64,000 bases of DNA from Candidatus Shapirobacteria bacterium (lineage in GTDB: Bacteria; Patescibacteriota; Microgenomatia; UBA12405), in the NCBI GenBank assembly GCA_016188545.1, contig JACPHO010000001.1:355324-419323 (forward strand), written 5' to 3'. The position numbers and the translations under genes are program-made. Shown one piece after another: positions 34,684 through 43,999 of this stretch. Numbering within the stretch: position 1 is the stretch's first letter; every line of letters begins with the position of its first letter. Below the pieces are notes generated by a model. That model was not told the DNA's origin. It worked only from the letters and a program-made list of their open reading frames with translations, and searched no databases.

Positions 34684-37005
34684 TTACATTTTTTCCAGTG
34701 TCCCAATTCCCAAAATATTTAGGCCATCCCTAATAATTTTTGCAGTTACAGCCGTCAAAAACACTCGCCGTCCCTCCTGAGGATCCCCAATAACTCTACA
34801 CTTCCCATAAAACTCATTATATTTTCTAGCCAAATTTAGTAAATATTCCGCCAACACCGCCGGGTTATATCTTTCACCAGCCTCGACAATCTTTTCCTTA
34901 AAAATATAAAAATATCGCAGCAGGGGAGTCTCATTCTCATCAAACCCTTCGCTTGTTTTGATGTTTGATGTTTGATGTTTGGATTTTAATATAACACTCT
35001 TACATCTGGCATAAGTGTATTGTAGATATGGTGAAGAATTTCCCTCCATGCTCATAACCCTATCCCAGTCAAAAACGATATCCTTTTTAGGGTCAGATGA
35101 CAAATCATTAAATTTCACCGCTCCTATAGCTACTTTTGCAATCGACACATTATCATTTTCAGGAGCGATACTTTTTGCCATATCCATGGCTTTATCAATT
35201 ATATCTGATAAATGGATAGTGTCACCTTTGCGAGTTGAAAATTTTCCGTCTTTCCAGCGAATCAAACCGTGGCCAATGTGGACAAAATTTGCCTCCCAGC
35301 CTACTAGTTTAGCCGCCGCGAATACTTGCTTAAAGTGCAATGTCTGCTCTGAGCCAACCTCATAAATAATCAAATCCGGGTTCCATTTTTCTTTTCTAAA
35401 TTTAATCGTTGCCAAATCTCGAGTAAAATATGTCGTCGCCCCATCCGATTTTAATATCATTGCCGGTGGTAAATTTGGCACTTCCACTATCTCTGCGCCA
35501 GCACTTATTTTACTCAATTTTTTATCCCTAAAAATCTGCTCGATTTCTGACAACATTTTTAAATAGAACTCCTCACCATAAGCATTATCAATTTTTACGC
35601 CCAACATTTCATAGACCCTGTTAAATTCTTTAATGGATATATCGATACATTCTCGCCAAATTTTTCGTGCCTCAACATCACCCTTTTCTAGCTTGGCAAA
35701 CCAGTCTCTACCCTCATCAATTAATGTTTTATCATTTTCTGACTCAGCGTGAAATCTGACATAAAGCTTTTCTAGTCCTTCTATTGTGCTTTCCATTCCC
35801 CAATGTTTTATCGCTGTTATCATTTTTCCAAATTGTGTACCCCAATCACCCAAGTGATTATCGCCAATTGTATTCCAACCCAACACTTTGTAAATGTTAT
35901 ACAAAGCATGTCCAATATTGGTTGACCTTAGGTGGCCTATCCCAAAAGGCTTCGCGATATTTGGTGATGAATATTCAACAATTACTGTTTTTCCTTTTCC
36001 GATGTTTTCTAATTCGTTTTTATACATATCACTCAAAATATAATTTGATTCATCAATCAGTACACTTTCTTTTATCCACAAGTTGCTAAATCCAGCTACA
36101 GTATCAACTCTTTCAATAACATCTAAATCGGAAAAATTAGCTATACCCCTTACTGCATAATCCCCAAATTTTTCCACTGCTGGGTGTTCAACTGGCATCT
36201 TTGCCACATCAAATATTTGTTTGGCAATGCCATAATATTTCTTTGCGTTAACAATCTTCTTTTTTTTACTTTCAATAATATCCTCAACTTTTTTTGATAC
36301 AAAATCAATTTCGACCGTAGGGTTATCCTTATCCAGCCACAATATCTCGAATGTTCCCCCAAACAATCCCTTAACTTTTTGTACAAATTCATTAGCTATT
36401 TTTTTTATCAAATCATCATTTATCCCCCTAAACCCATCCATCACGAAGTAACCGTTAGTCGACTCGCTCGTGAGTTTTGTGCGCTCACATTGTCGCCAGT
36501 TCAGCGCTCTAGTTGACAGGTCCAGTCCGTCACCCCACACTAGTTCACCTTCCACTGCCGATTTACTTTTTATTGCTCCAATTGGAAACCATTTTTCTCC
36601 ACCTTTGGCAATAAACAATCTAAAATTCCCATATACTTTGTCCAAGTCCTCACCTCCAAACGGAATAATATTGGTGATACTATACGAATTGTATAAATTT
36701 ACCATCGGGTTAATATCCGGAATCAGTCCGCCTTCCAAAACCCTTTTTGATAGTGCTACATGAGCCGGTGCAAAAACTTTTGGGTCAGTTCCAAATTCAC
36801 TGAAACACTTTTCGTAAGCTGTTACTTTTTCTAACTCAAAAAAACTTTCGCTGGTGTGTTGTTTTTTAAGACTTTCCTCGGCACTTCTCAAGAGTTCGAC
36901 TGATTTTTCAACTGACTGGTGGTTGTCAAATCCATAAATAATCGGTATCGCTACTACTAGGTTCGGAAACTTTTCAAAAACACTATTATCAATTTCAAAT
37001 TTCAT
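34684..37005 (-). CDS. argS: arginine--tRNA ligase with an N-terminal B3/4-like domain extension of about 230 aa
   Basis: The ArgRS core has SSPNIAKPFGIGHLRS (HIGH-type) and the Add-1 N-domain. Residues 1-230 resemble the PheT B3/4 editing or tRNA-binding fold (PMVNLYNSYSITNIIPFGGEDLDKV, ALNWRQCERTKL). Confidence 0.8.
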   Translation of the reverse strand: MKFEIDNSVFEKFPNLVVAIPIIYGFDNHQSVEKSVELLRSAEESLKKQHTSESFFELEKVTAYEKCFSEFGTDPKVFAPAHVALSKRVLEGGLIPDINPMVNLYNSYSITNIIPFGGEDLDKVYGNFRLFIAKGGEKWFPIGAIKSKSAVEGELVWGDGLDLSTRALNWRQCERTKLTSESTNGYFVMDGFRGINDDLIKKIANEFVQKVKGLFGGTFEILWLDKDNPTVEIDFVSKKVEDIIESKKKKIVNAKKYYGIAKQIFDVAKMPVEHPAVEKFGDYAVRGIANFSDLDVIERVDTVAGFSNLWIKESVLIDESNYILSDMYKNELENIGKGKTVIVEYSSPNIAKPFGIGHLRSTNIGHALYNIYKVLGWNTIGDNHLGDWGTQFGKMITAIKHWGMESTIEGLEKLYVRFHAESENDKTLIDEGRDWFAKLEKGDVEARKIWRECIDISIKEFNRVYEMLGVKIDNAYGEEFYLKMLSEIEQIFRDKKLSKISAGAEIVEVPNLPPAMILKSDGATTYFTRDLATIKFRKEKWNPDLIIYEVGSEQTLHFKQVFAAAKLVGWEANFVHIGHGLIRWKDGKFSTRKGDTIHLSDIIDKAMDMAKSIAPENDNVSIAKVAIGAVKFNDLSSDPKKDIVFDWDRVMSMEGNSSPYLQYTYARCKSVILKSKHQTSNIKTSEGFDENETPLLRYFYIFKEKIVEAGERYNPAVLAEYLLNLARKYNEFYGKCRVIGDPQEGRRVFLTAVTAKIIRDGLNILGIGTLEKM

Positions 37006-37020
37006 ACTTAATATTAAACC

Positions 37021-37064
37021 AAAAACCCCGCCTTTGGGATTAAATAATTAATCACAAGGACGGG
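37021..37064 (-). terminator. intrinsic terminator-like hairpin plus U-run in the argS leader (attenuator candidate)
   Basis: Minus-strand RNA CCCGUC-[loop with GAUUAA/UUAAUC sub-hairpin]-GGCGGG-G-UUUUU. It lies 16 nt before the argS ATG. Confidence 0.4.
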
Positions 37065-37092
37065 ATTTATCTGCCGGTAGGTAGATTTCTCT

Positions 37093-37104
37093 CGTGGTAC
37101 CACC
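37093..37104 (-). promoter_or_regulatory. T-box-like sequence in the argS leader
   Basis: Minus-strand AAAGGUGGUACCACG compares with the T-box consensus AGGGUGGNACCGCG. The UGGU would pair with a tRNA ACCA 3' end. Confidence 0.3.
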
Positions 37105-37261
37105 TTTATTTTTCTCTTTTGAGTTTGTACGGTTCACTCCGTTTCCGATTTTGCGGAAGACTCCACCTTCGCGACAGGCTTCGTTGTCTTTGGAAATTAT
37201 ATACTATTCATTGTCATCTGGGTAGAATCTAACTAATCTCCACACGAAACACACCTAATAG

Positions 37262-37588
37262 TTATTTCGCCTCTTTCTGAATTGTTTTCCAGTGATACAA
37301 ATACAATGGCAAACCTACCGAAATCATCGCCAAAGAATTGGCCAGTTCGCTTTGTCGTAGATTTTTCGTTTGCTGTTCCTGCTGAGCTTTCATTGCCTCA
37401 GGATCAACATATTCCGGATCAGTTTTTGCTGGAGTAGGACCGTAAAACACGAATCCATCAGCATCCCTAAAAACCCAGGTCTTCAATCCAAGATTAACAA
37501 TCTGAATCCCTCCAAACACCACAATTAACAACCCTACAAATGAAAATAAATACAAATAAAGCAATCTTAAATTAAATTTCATTACCAA
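37262..37588 (-). CDS. small hypothetical membrane protein
   Basis: Two TM helices and no motif. Confidence 0.4.
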   Translation of the reverse strand: MVMKFNLRLLYLYLFSFVGLLIVVFGGIQIVNLGLKTWVFRDADGFVFYGPTPAKTDPEYVDPEAMKAQQEQQTKNLRQSELANSLAMISVGLPLYLYHWKTIQKEAK

Positions 37589-37975
37589 TTATACTACAAC
37601 CATTTCTTAACAGCTTTACAATTTAAATATTATCCTATATAATAATCTATGTCATGTTTAGTAGCCAGAAAAGTTGATATAGGTGGTTTTTATTGTCCTC
37701 TGACTGATGTAATTTATGCAAAAAGAGCCGATGTCCCATTTTGTAGAAATTATGCACAACAAGCAGCCTGTGGAATAGTTGCCAATCAAGTGATTAGTCG
37801 GGAATCAGGTTTAGGAGGGGTTAAAAAGAATGAAGGGAAAAGCAGTGGTCTTTCACCTACGGTTGAAGGTATGCCTCATGTAAAGGGTCGAGGTAAGTCC
37901 AAAAAATAACTAAAATACGAGGTATTCTCTCCTTGTTCTTTTATAGTTTTTGGTTTAGAATTTACTTACATAAAT

Positions 37976-38419
37976 ATGGCTTTTTCAATTAATTTGGCAA
38001 TTATCACCGGCAACTTAACTCGCGACCCAGAGCTTCGTTTTACTCCCTCCGGTCAGGCAGTTTGTTCATTCGGAGTCGCCACCAACCGATCCATTAAAAA
38101 AGGTGAACAATGGGAAGATGTCCCAACCTTCCACAATGTAGTTCAGTGGGGTAAGCCAGCTGAGTTTACCGCCAACAATCTAAAAAAAGGTATGAAAGTT
38201 ACTGTTACTGGTCGAATCGATAACCGTAGTTACGATGCCAAAGATGGTACCAAAAAATATATTAGTGAAATAGTCGCCGATACTGTCATTGGTCTTACCG
38301 ATCACCGTGGTGGCGGAACCCAAGCTAGTCATGACTCTTCAAACGAATCAGCCCCACTTCCCGATAAAACTATCGATGCCGTCGAAGACATTGTAATACC
38401 AGACGAAATGCCTTTTTAG
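37976..38419 (+). CDS. ssb: single-stranded DNA-binding protein
   Basis: The OB-fold is present (TGNLTRDPELRFTPSG, TFHNVVQWGK) and the acidic C-terminal tail ends IPDEMPF. Confidence 0.85.
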   Translation: MAFSINLAIITGNLTRDPELRFTPSGQAVCSFGVATNRSIKKGEQWEDVPTFHNVVQWGKPAEFTANNLKKGMKVTVTGRIDNRSYDAKDGTKKYISEIVADTVIGLTDHRGGGTQASHDSSNESAPLPDKTIDAVEDIVIPDEMPF

Positions 38420-38488
38420 ATAACCGAAGATATTGCTTGCCAGTCCGTAGCTTCAGCGTAGGATGGTCATCCCTGACGAAATGCCGTT

Positions 38489-38815
38489 TTAGCCAAACCG
38501 CTTTCTATCACGACTTCGATAATAATCGGCAGTAAGGTTAGATTCATTATCCGTACTTCTGCGAGATCTCAAATATACGGCAGCAGCATGCCCACCTTGG
38601 TATCTCTGAACTCTTCGATATTCGTCACAATCAAATTGCAACGGCAAGGGAGGGGTTACCCTTGTCGACCCTTCGCAACCTTGAGACTCATCACCCGACA
38701 ACACGCTTAATACCTCATCGCTTATTTGCCCTTCACGTCTCAACCTTAGCAAGTCTTCCGTGGATAACAAAACAATATCCTCCCTCAATGTTATTCCAGC
38801 AATTACAACTGCCAT
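38489..38815 (-). CDS. hypothetical protein (uncertain)
   Basis: 108-aa ORF, GC-richer than surroundings, with no motif. Confidence 0.2.
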   Translation of the reverse strand: MAVVIAGITLREDIVLLSTEDLLRLRREGQISDEVLSVLSGDESQGCEGSTRVTPPLPLQFDCDEYRRVQRYQGGHAAAVYLRSRRSTDNESNLTADYYRSRDRKRFG

Positions 38816-38826
38816 AATTCACTATT

Positions 38827-39507
38827 CTACCACACGATCGGTCCACATCCATTTAATATAAGATACTCATTACACTTTGAAAACGGTTTGGATCCAAAAA
38901 ATCCGCTTCTGGCCGCAAACGGTGATGGGTGTGGTGATTCGATGACCAAATGTTTTTGCCTATCAATTACCACTCCTTTCTTTTTGGCATAGTTACCCCA
39001 GAGGATAAATACTAGATGTTCTCTTTGTTCTGATAATAGTTTAATAACCTTATCTGTAAAATTTTCCCAACCTTTATTTTGATGTGAACCAGCCTTATTT
39101 GCCTCTACCGTCAGCGTCGCATTCAGTAGTAGCACTCCCTGTTTAGCCCACTCTTCCAAATCACCTTCTGGATACTTTGATTTATGATCTAGGTCAGACT
39201 CTATTTCTTTGTAAATATTCTGAACTGATGGTGGTAGAGTTACGCCTTTATTAACGGCAAAACAAAGTCCATTTGCTTGTTTTGGCCCGTGGTAAGGATC
39301 TTGTCCGATTATTACTACCTTAACTTTGTCAAAAGGTGTTAGCCAAAATGCCCTAAAAATAAATCCGGGTGGGGGATAGATAGTTTTGCTCGCGTATTCC
39401 TTTTTGACAAATTCAGATAACAGCCCAAAATAATCTTTATCAAACTCCTTCTCGAGTACACTTTTCCAAGTCGGTTCAATTTTTACATCCACTCCCAATT
39501 TTATCAA
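38827..39507 (-). CDS. ung: uracil-DNA glycosylase (family 1)
   Basis: The water-activating loop GQDPYHGP, a C-terminal HPSPF-like segment and LLNATLTV are present. Confidence 0.85.
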   Translation of the reverse strand: MIKLGVDVKIEPTWKSVLEKEFDKDYFGLLSEFVKKEYASKTIYPPPGFIFRAFWLTPFDKVKVVIIGQDPYHGPKQANGLCFAVNKGVTLPPSVQNIYKEIESDLDHKSKYPEGDLEEWAKQGVLLLNATLTVEANKAGSHQNKGWENFTDKVIKLLSEQREHLVFILWGNYAKKKGVVIDRQKHLVIESPHPSPFAARSGFFGSKPFSKCNEYLILNGCGPIVW

Positions 39508-39512
39508 GTTTT

Positions 39513-39587
39513 TGGTGACCCCACGGGGAATCGAACCCCGGTTAGTAGAATGAGAATCTACTGTCCTAACCGCTAGACGATGGGGCC
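39513..39587 (-). tRNA. tRNA-Glu (anticodon CUC), CCA encoded
   Basis: Reverse complement: GGCCCCA-TC-GTCTAGCGGTTAGGAC-A-GTAGA-TTCTCAT-TCTAC-TAAC-CGGGG-TTCGATT-CCCCG-TGGGGTC-A-CCA. Confidence 0.9.
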
Positions 39588-39823
39588 TTGTTTAATAGTC
39601 TTTCTACTGCCTTCCTACTATGCCAAGACTTAATTTGTTTTTCCCTACTTCTTGCTTCAGATAGAGTTAAAAACTCTTCGTAGTATATCAATTTCCACGG
39701 CCGTTTTCTGGAAGTATATTTCGATCTCCCATTATTATGGTAAACCAACCTTATGGAAAGATTATTCGTAGATCCAATATAGTAGCTATTGTCAATTTCG
39801 GATTGCAAAATGTATGTATACAT
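39566..39823 (-). CDS. GIY-YIG nuclease-family small protein
   Basis: YTYILQSEIDNSYYIGSTNNLSIRLVYHNNG ... E...K (GIY-YIG, Arg, Glu). Its 3' end overlaps the tRNA-Glu 5' end by 22 nt. Confidence 0.55.
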   Translation of the reverse strand: MYTYILQSEIDNSYYIGSTNNLSIRLVYHNNGRSKYTSRKRPWKLIYYEEFLTLSEARSREKQIKSWHSRKAVERLLNKAPSSSG

Positions 39824-39956
39824 TATTTACTCCGCTAGTCCCGATCTTTCAGATCGTGGATGCTCGATCAACGACGAAGTCGTGATCGGCAACGATGGGG
39901 CCTTAAATGTTCATCGATGCCTACCCAAGTAGGTATATGTTGTACAATTAAGGCAG

Positions 39957-41093
39957 ATGAATTTTATCAAATATTCGCATTATATCTACCTCACCATTTT
40001 TACAGTCCTCCTAAGCGTAACTTTTTGGTTTGGCTTCTACTACGACATACCCGGAAAGATGGGCTTTCCCCACACAACTCTTGAAACTGTATTTTCAAAT
40101 TACGACGGTCCCAATTATATGGTCATTGCCAAGTGTGGCTATGTCAAGAATTGTATCGCTACCAAGTTTTCCTTACCTCAGCCTCTTGAATACTATCCGG
40201 CCCATTTTCCCGGCTTTCCTATACTTGTAAAATACTTTGGACTTTATACTACTACTCCCAAGGCCATGTTAATCGCTGGTCTTCTTGGTTCCATTGTTTT
40301 TACCCTGGCTGTCTATCAGTTTTTTAAAAATTATCTAGGTGATACAGCCGCTTATTATTTATCCGTTCTCTCACTGTTTTTCCCAGCTAGAATGTTAGTA
40401 CTCCGTCTAGCTGGTGCTCCTGAAACACTATTTATTGGTCTGACTTTATTTTCTATTATCTACTTCCAAAAACAGCGCTATATAATTTCGGCTATTTTAG
40501 CATCACTCGCTCTATCTCTTAAAAGTCCAGGGATAATTCTATTTATGGCCTATCTTTGTATGGCCATTTTTGACTATGTCAAAAATAAAAACATCGCCGC
40601 CGTAGTAAATAAATATTTTATATACTTACTTGGTCCTATCGTTCTCGGGCTGATCTTCTATAGCTACTATCTTCAAACAGGTGATTTTCTGGCTTATTTC
40701 CACAGTGGTGACAATATCCACTTAAACATACTTCCTTACCTCGTATTCATTAGTAATCACACTTGGATTAATACCATCTGGCTAGAAGATGTGTTGTACA
40801 TATTCCTTTTAGCTTTTGTTGGTCTAAAATCAGTCTTTACCAAATACCGTTTTAATCTAATTTTTGTTTATCCATTTCTTTTTGTCTTGGCCACAATTTT
40901 CGTCGCTCATCGAGATATTAGTCGCTACATTGCCCCAGCCTATCCTTTTCTACTTCTAGGTTTTAGCCATTTTTTATTACAAAAAAGCTCGAAATATATT
41001 TTCTGGCTAATACTTCCAGCCATTATTCTTTTTGCTGTCAACTTCATCATCGGCAATACCGCACCGATCTCTGACTGGACTCCTTATCTATGA
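39957..41093 (+). CDS. polytopic integral membrane protein (possible GT-C-type glycosyltransferase)
   Basis: About 10 TM helices with no clear motif. The GT-C assignment rests on topology only. Confidence 0.4.
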   Translation: MNFIKYSHYIYLTIFTVLLSVTFWFGFYYDIPGKMGFPHTTLETVFSNYDGPNYMVIAKCGYVKNCIATKFSLPQPLEYYPAHFPGFPILVKYFGLYTTTPKAMLIAGLLGSIVFTLAVYQFFKNYLGDTAAYYLSVLSLFFPARMLVLRLAGAPETLFIGLTLFSIIYFQKQRYIISAILASLALSLKSPGIILFMAYLCMAIFDYVKNKNIAAVVNKYFIYLLGPIVLGLIFYSYYLQTGDFLAYFHSGDNIHLNILPYLVFISNHTWINTIWLEDVLYIFLLAFVGLKSVFTKYRFNLIFVYPFLFVLATIFVAHRDISRYIAPAYPFLLLGFSHFLLQKSSKYIFWLILPAIILFAVNFIIGNTAPISDWTPYL

Positions 41094-41195
41094 GTAGTGA
41101 TCTAACCTCAAAATCATTAGAACGGTTGATTTTCGACCAACCTGAGTCAACTTCTCTTGATATTTCCCCCTAAACTATTCAGTACCACACTTAAA

Positions 41196-42074
41196 TCAGC
41201 TTAAATAAATTTTCCCTCCGTTTTCCTCGACAAGATCCCTCATCATCATAAGAGAAATATTTCGACCTATCTCAGCTACTGATATTTTCAACTTCTGTCC
41301 TAACTCGTCCACTGTCACTGCCTCATTTTCCAAAACTACAATAATCTTTTTCTCTATTTCCGATAAGTCAGCGTAATCTCTAAATAGATCTGTTTGTACA
41401 TGCACTGAATTAGTTTCTTTTAAAATATCGCTAATTTCAGTAATCATTTCTGCTCCATCCGTTTTAATTAGCCAGTTAGTTCCCTCCGACACCATCGAAT
41501 TAATTGGCCCTGGGATAGCCATAACCCTTTTACCTTGTTTTAGGGCAAACTTGGCAGTAATTAAGCTTCCAGACTTAATTCCTCCCTCAATTACTAATAC
41601 TCCAATTGTTGATATTGCCGACATCAGTCGGTCCCTTTGGGGAAACGACCAGATTGTTGGTTTAAAATTTGGCTCGTACTCCGACATAACCAACCCACCA
41701 CTTTCCAATATTCGTGTATACAACTTTTCATTATATTGAGATTCAATTGTATCCAACCCACCGCCGGCAATTGCTAGTGTTTTTCCACCACAGTCGAGAC
41801 ATTGATTATGACACTCAATATCAACACCATACATAAATCCAGAGATAATTGTGATTCCGTTTGCTACCAGGATGGGTATAACTTTTTTAATGATGTCAGC
41901 CCCATATTTTGTCATCCTGCGGCTACCTACAATGGTGATTGTCTTCTCGTACAACTTTTCATCCCAACTACCTCTATAAAACATTCTCGCAGGCGGGTTA
42001 CTAATGTTCCTCAATCCCTTTGGAAAATCATCTTTAGTCAATAATTCTATCGGCCATTTTTTCCACTCATTCAT
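41196..42074 (-). CDS. dprA: DNA processing protein DprA (Smf)
   Basis: Rossmann-like IISGFMYGVD, GKTLAIAGGGLD and VMAIPGPI motifs are present. The likely start is the ATG at 42074, which overlaps the yraN stop by 8 nt (ATGAATGA). Confidence 0.8.
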   Translation of the reverse strand: MNEWKKWPIELLTKDDFPKGLRNISNPPARMFYRGSWDEKLYEKTITIVGSRRMTKYGADIIKKVIPILVANGITIISGFMYGVDIECHNQCLDCGGKTLAIAGGGLDTIESQYNEKLYTRILESGGLVMSEYEPNFKPTIWSFPQRDRLMSAISTIGVLVIEGGIKSGSLITAKFALKQGKRVMAIPGPINSMVSEGTNWLIKTDGAEMITEISDILKETNSVHVQTDLFRDYADLSEIEKKIIVVLENEAVTVDELGQKLKISVAEIGRNISLMMMRDLVEENGGKIYLS

Positions 42075-42426
42075 AGCCCAAATTCTTATAATATCTAATT
42101 TCAGATCCCAAGATACACACCCCGTCGATTCTGTATTTTTCAAATACACTTCTCATTTGTTGATTTTTCATTAAATAAATTTCTGCCACCCGCTTTACCT
42201 GAGAAATTTTTCTTTTATTAATCATTTCTTCAGGCATTCCCATGTGGTCATCACTTTTATATTTCACCTCTACAAATACCAGCCAATCATGATCAGACAT
42301 AATTAAATCTATTTCTCCAATATCCACCTCAAAATTACTTACTATAAACTCAAATCCTCTGTTAACTAAATACTGCTTTGCAATATCTTCCCCACCCCTT
42401 CCTTTTTTATAATTATGTTTTTTCAT
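42067..42426 (-). CDS. yraN: YraN-family (UPF0102) endonuclease
   Basis: The PD-(D/E)xK-like core GEIDLIM...VFVEVKYK is present. Confidence 0.7.
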   Translation of the reverse strand: MKKHNYKKGRGGEDIAKQYLVNRGFEFIVSNFEVDIGEIDLIMSDHDWLVFVEVKYKSDDHMGMPEEMINKRKISQVKRVAEIYLMKNQQMRSVFEKYRIDGVCILGSEIRYYKNLGYE

Positions 42427-43958
42427 TCGTTTCTGACTCTATATTGCAACGCTTCCGCCACATGACTATCTCCAATATTTAGTGATCCAGCCAAGTCAGC
42501 AATTGTCCTTGACACTTTTATTAAGCGAAAGTAGGTACGTGCCGACAAATTAAACTTATTAACTGCCTGTTTTAGCAGTAAATTAGCGTCAGTTGTTAAC
42601 TTAGCAAATTCCTTTAAATGTACGTTTTTCATATCGGCATTACAATGAATATCGATAACCTTATCAAACCTTTTTCGCTGAACTTCTCTGGCCTGTATCA
42701 CTCGTAATTTTATATTCTTCGATTTCTCAGACATAATTCCATCTGTGCTGTCCAACATTAGCTTATTAATGTCCACCGCTGGTACATTAAGATGTAAATC
42801 AATGCGATCCATTATGGGTCCAGACAGCTTCTTTTGATAATTCATAATTTGATGAACCGAGCAATGACACTCCTTTTTGATATCACCCAAGAATCCACAG
42901 GGGCAGGGATTGGCAGCTGCTACTAGCATAAACTGGGCAGGAAAAGATATTGATCCTGCCGATCTGGAAATATTAACCGATCCATCCTCCAGCGGCTGAC
43001 GAAGAGCTTCCAACGAATTTCTCCCAAATTCCGGAAACTCATCCAGGAACAACACACCTCTATGTGCCATCGACACTTCTCCGGGGTGGGGGATCGACCC
43101 TCCACCAATCAGTCCCACTAAAGAAGTTGTGTGGTGAGGACAACGAAACGGTCGCAGACGAATCAGTGAGCCACCAGCCGGAATATTACCTGTAATAGAA
43201 AAAATTTTAGTTACCTCGAGACTTTCTCTTTCACTCAAATCAGGTAGTATTCCGGCTGTCGCCCTTGACAACATTGTCTTACCGCTTCCCGGTGGTCCCA
43301 TCATAAAAATATTGTGTCCGCCTGAAGCCGCAATTTCCAAGGCTCTCTTGGCTGTCTCTTGTCCCAATATTTCACCAAAGTCAAACTCAGGGCGAATGTC
43401 ACTCAGTACTTCCTCTACTATCACTGTCTCCAATGGCACAATTTTTTTGGCACCTCGTAAATGTAATATCAAAGATTTTAAACTATCTACTGGATACACA
43501 CTCACTCCCTCAACGACGCTTGCCTCGTTAGCGCACAGTCGCGGTACAAAAATATTTTTAATCCCTTGCTCTTTAGCTAGCACTGCTAGCAAAAAAACTC
43601 CTCTGGTATGTCTCAATGTCCCATCTAATGATAATTCTCCATAAAAATAGGCTTTTTCTCTGGTCATATCCAGCTCACCCATTGATGACAGTATTCCAAC
43701 AGCAATTGGCAGGTCATACCCTGATCCATCCTTTGGTAAATCGGCCGGTGCTAGGTTTACAGTGACCTTCATCGGCCGAAAGTCGATATCAGTATTAATA
43801 ATTGCTGTTTTGACCCGTTCTTTTAATTCTTCCCCACTTTTACTAGCTATTCCTACTATCCCAAATGAGGGAAAGCCTTTCTCAGCCACATTTACTTCGA
43901 CCTCTATTTCTACGGCTTTTAATCCATAGTTAGCCACCGATGACACTTTTGTAAGCAT
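42423..43958 (-). CDS. comM: YifB/ComM family Mg-chelatase-like AAA+ ATPase
   Basis: An N-terminal Lon-like domain is followed by the AAA+ Walker A GPPGSGKTML and Walker B VLFLDEF, then the C-terminal domain. Confidence 0.85.
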   Translation of the reverse strand: MLTKVSSVANYGLKAVEIEVEVNVAEKGFPSFGIVGIASKSGEELKERVKTAIINTDIDFRPMKVTVNLAPADLPKDGSGYDLPIAVGILSSMGELDMTREKAYFYGELSLDGTLRHTRGVFLLAVLAKEQGIKNIFVPRLCANEASVVEGVSVYPVDSLKSLILHLRGAKKIVPLETVIVEEVLSDIRPEFDFGEILGQETAKRALEIAASGGHNIFMMGPPGSGKTMLSRATAGILPDLSERESLEVTKIFSITGNIPAGGSLIRLRPFRCPHHTTSLVGLIGGGSIPHPGEVSMAHRGVLFLDEFPEFGRNSLEALRQPLEDGSVNISRSAGSISFPAQFMLVAAANPCPCGFLGDIKKECHCSVHQIMNYQKKLSGPIMDRIDLHLNVPAVDINKLMLDSTDGIMSEKSKNIKLRVIQAREVQRKRFDKVIDIHCNADMKNVHLKEFAKLTTDANLLLKQAVNKFNLSARTYFRLIKVSRTIADLAGSLNIGDSHVAEALQYRVRNE

Positions 43959-43999
43959 TATTACTAAACTATAGTCATAAAAGTCCTCAAATGAAAGTC

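Noticed and set aside
34942-34966. Tandem GATGTTT x3 microsatellite
   Set aside because: It is in-frame within argS (encodes HQTSNIKTS). It is a minor coding repeat with no evident function.
37649-37909. 86-aa ORF in the intergenic region upstream of ssb
   Set aside because: No motif and odd composition. It could be real, but there is no supporting evidence.
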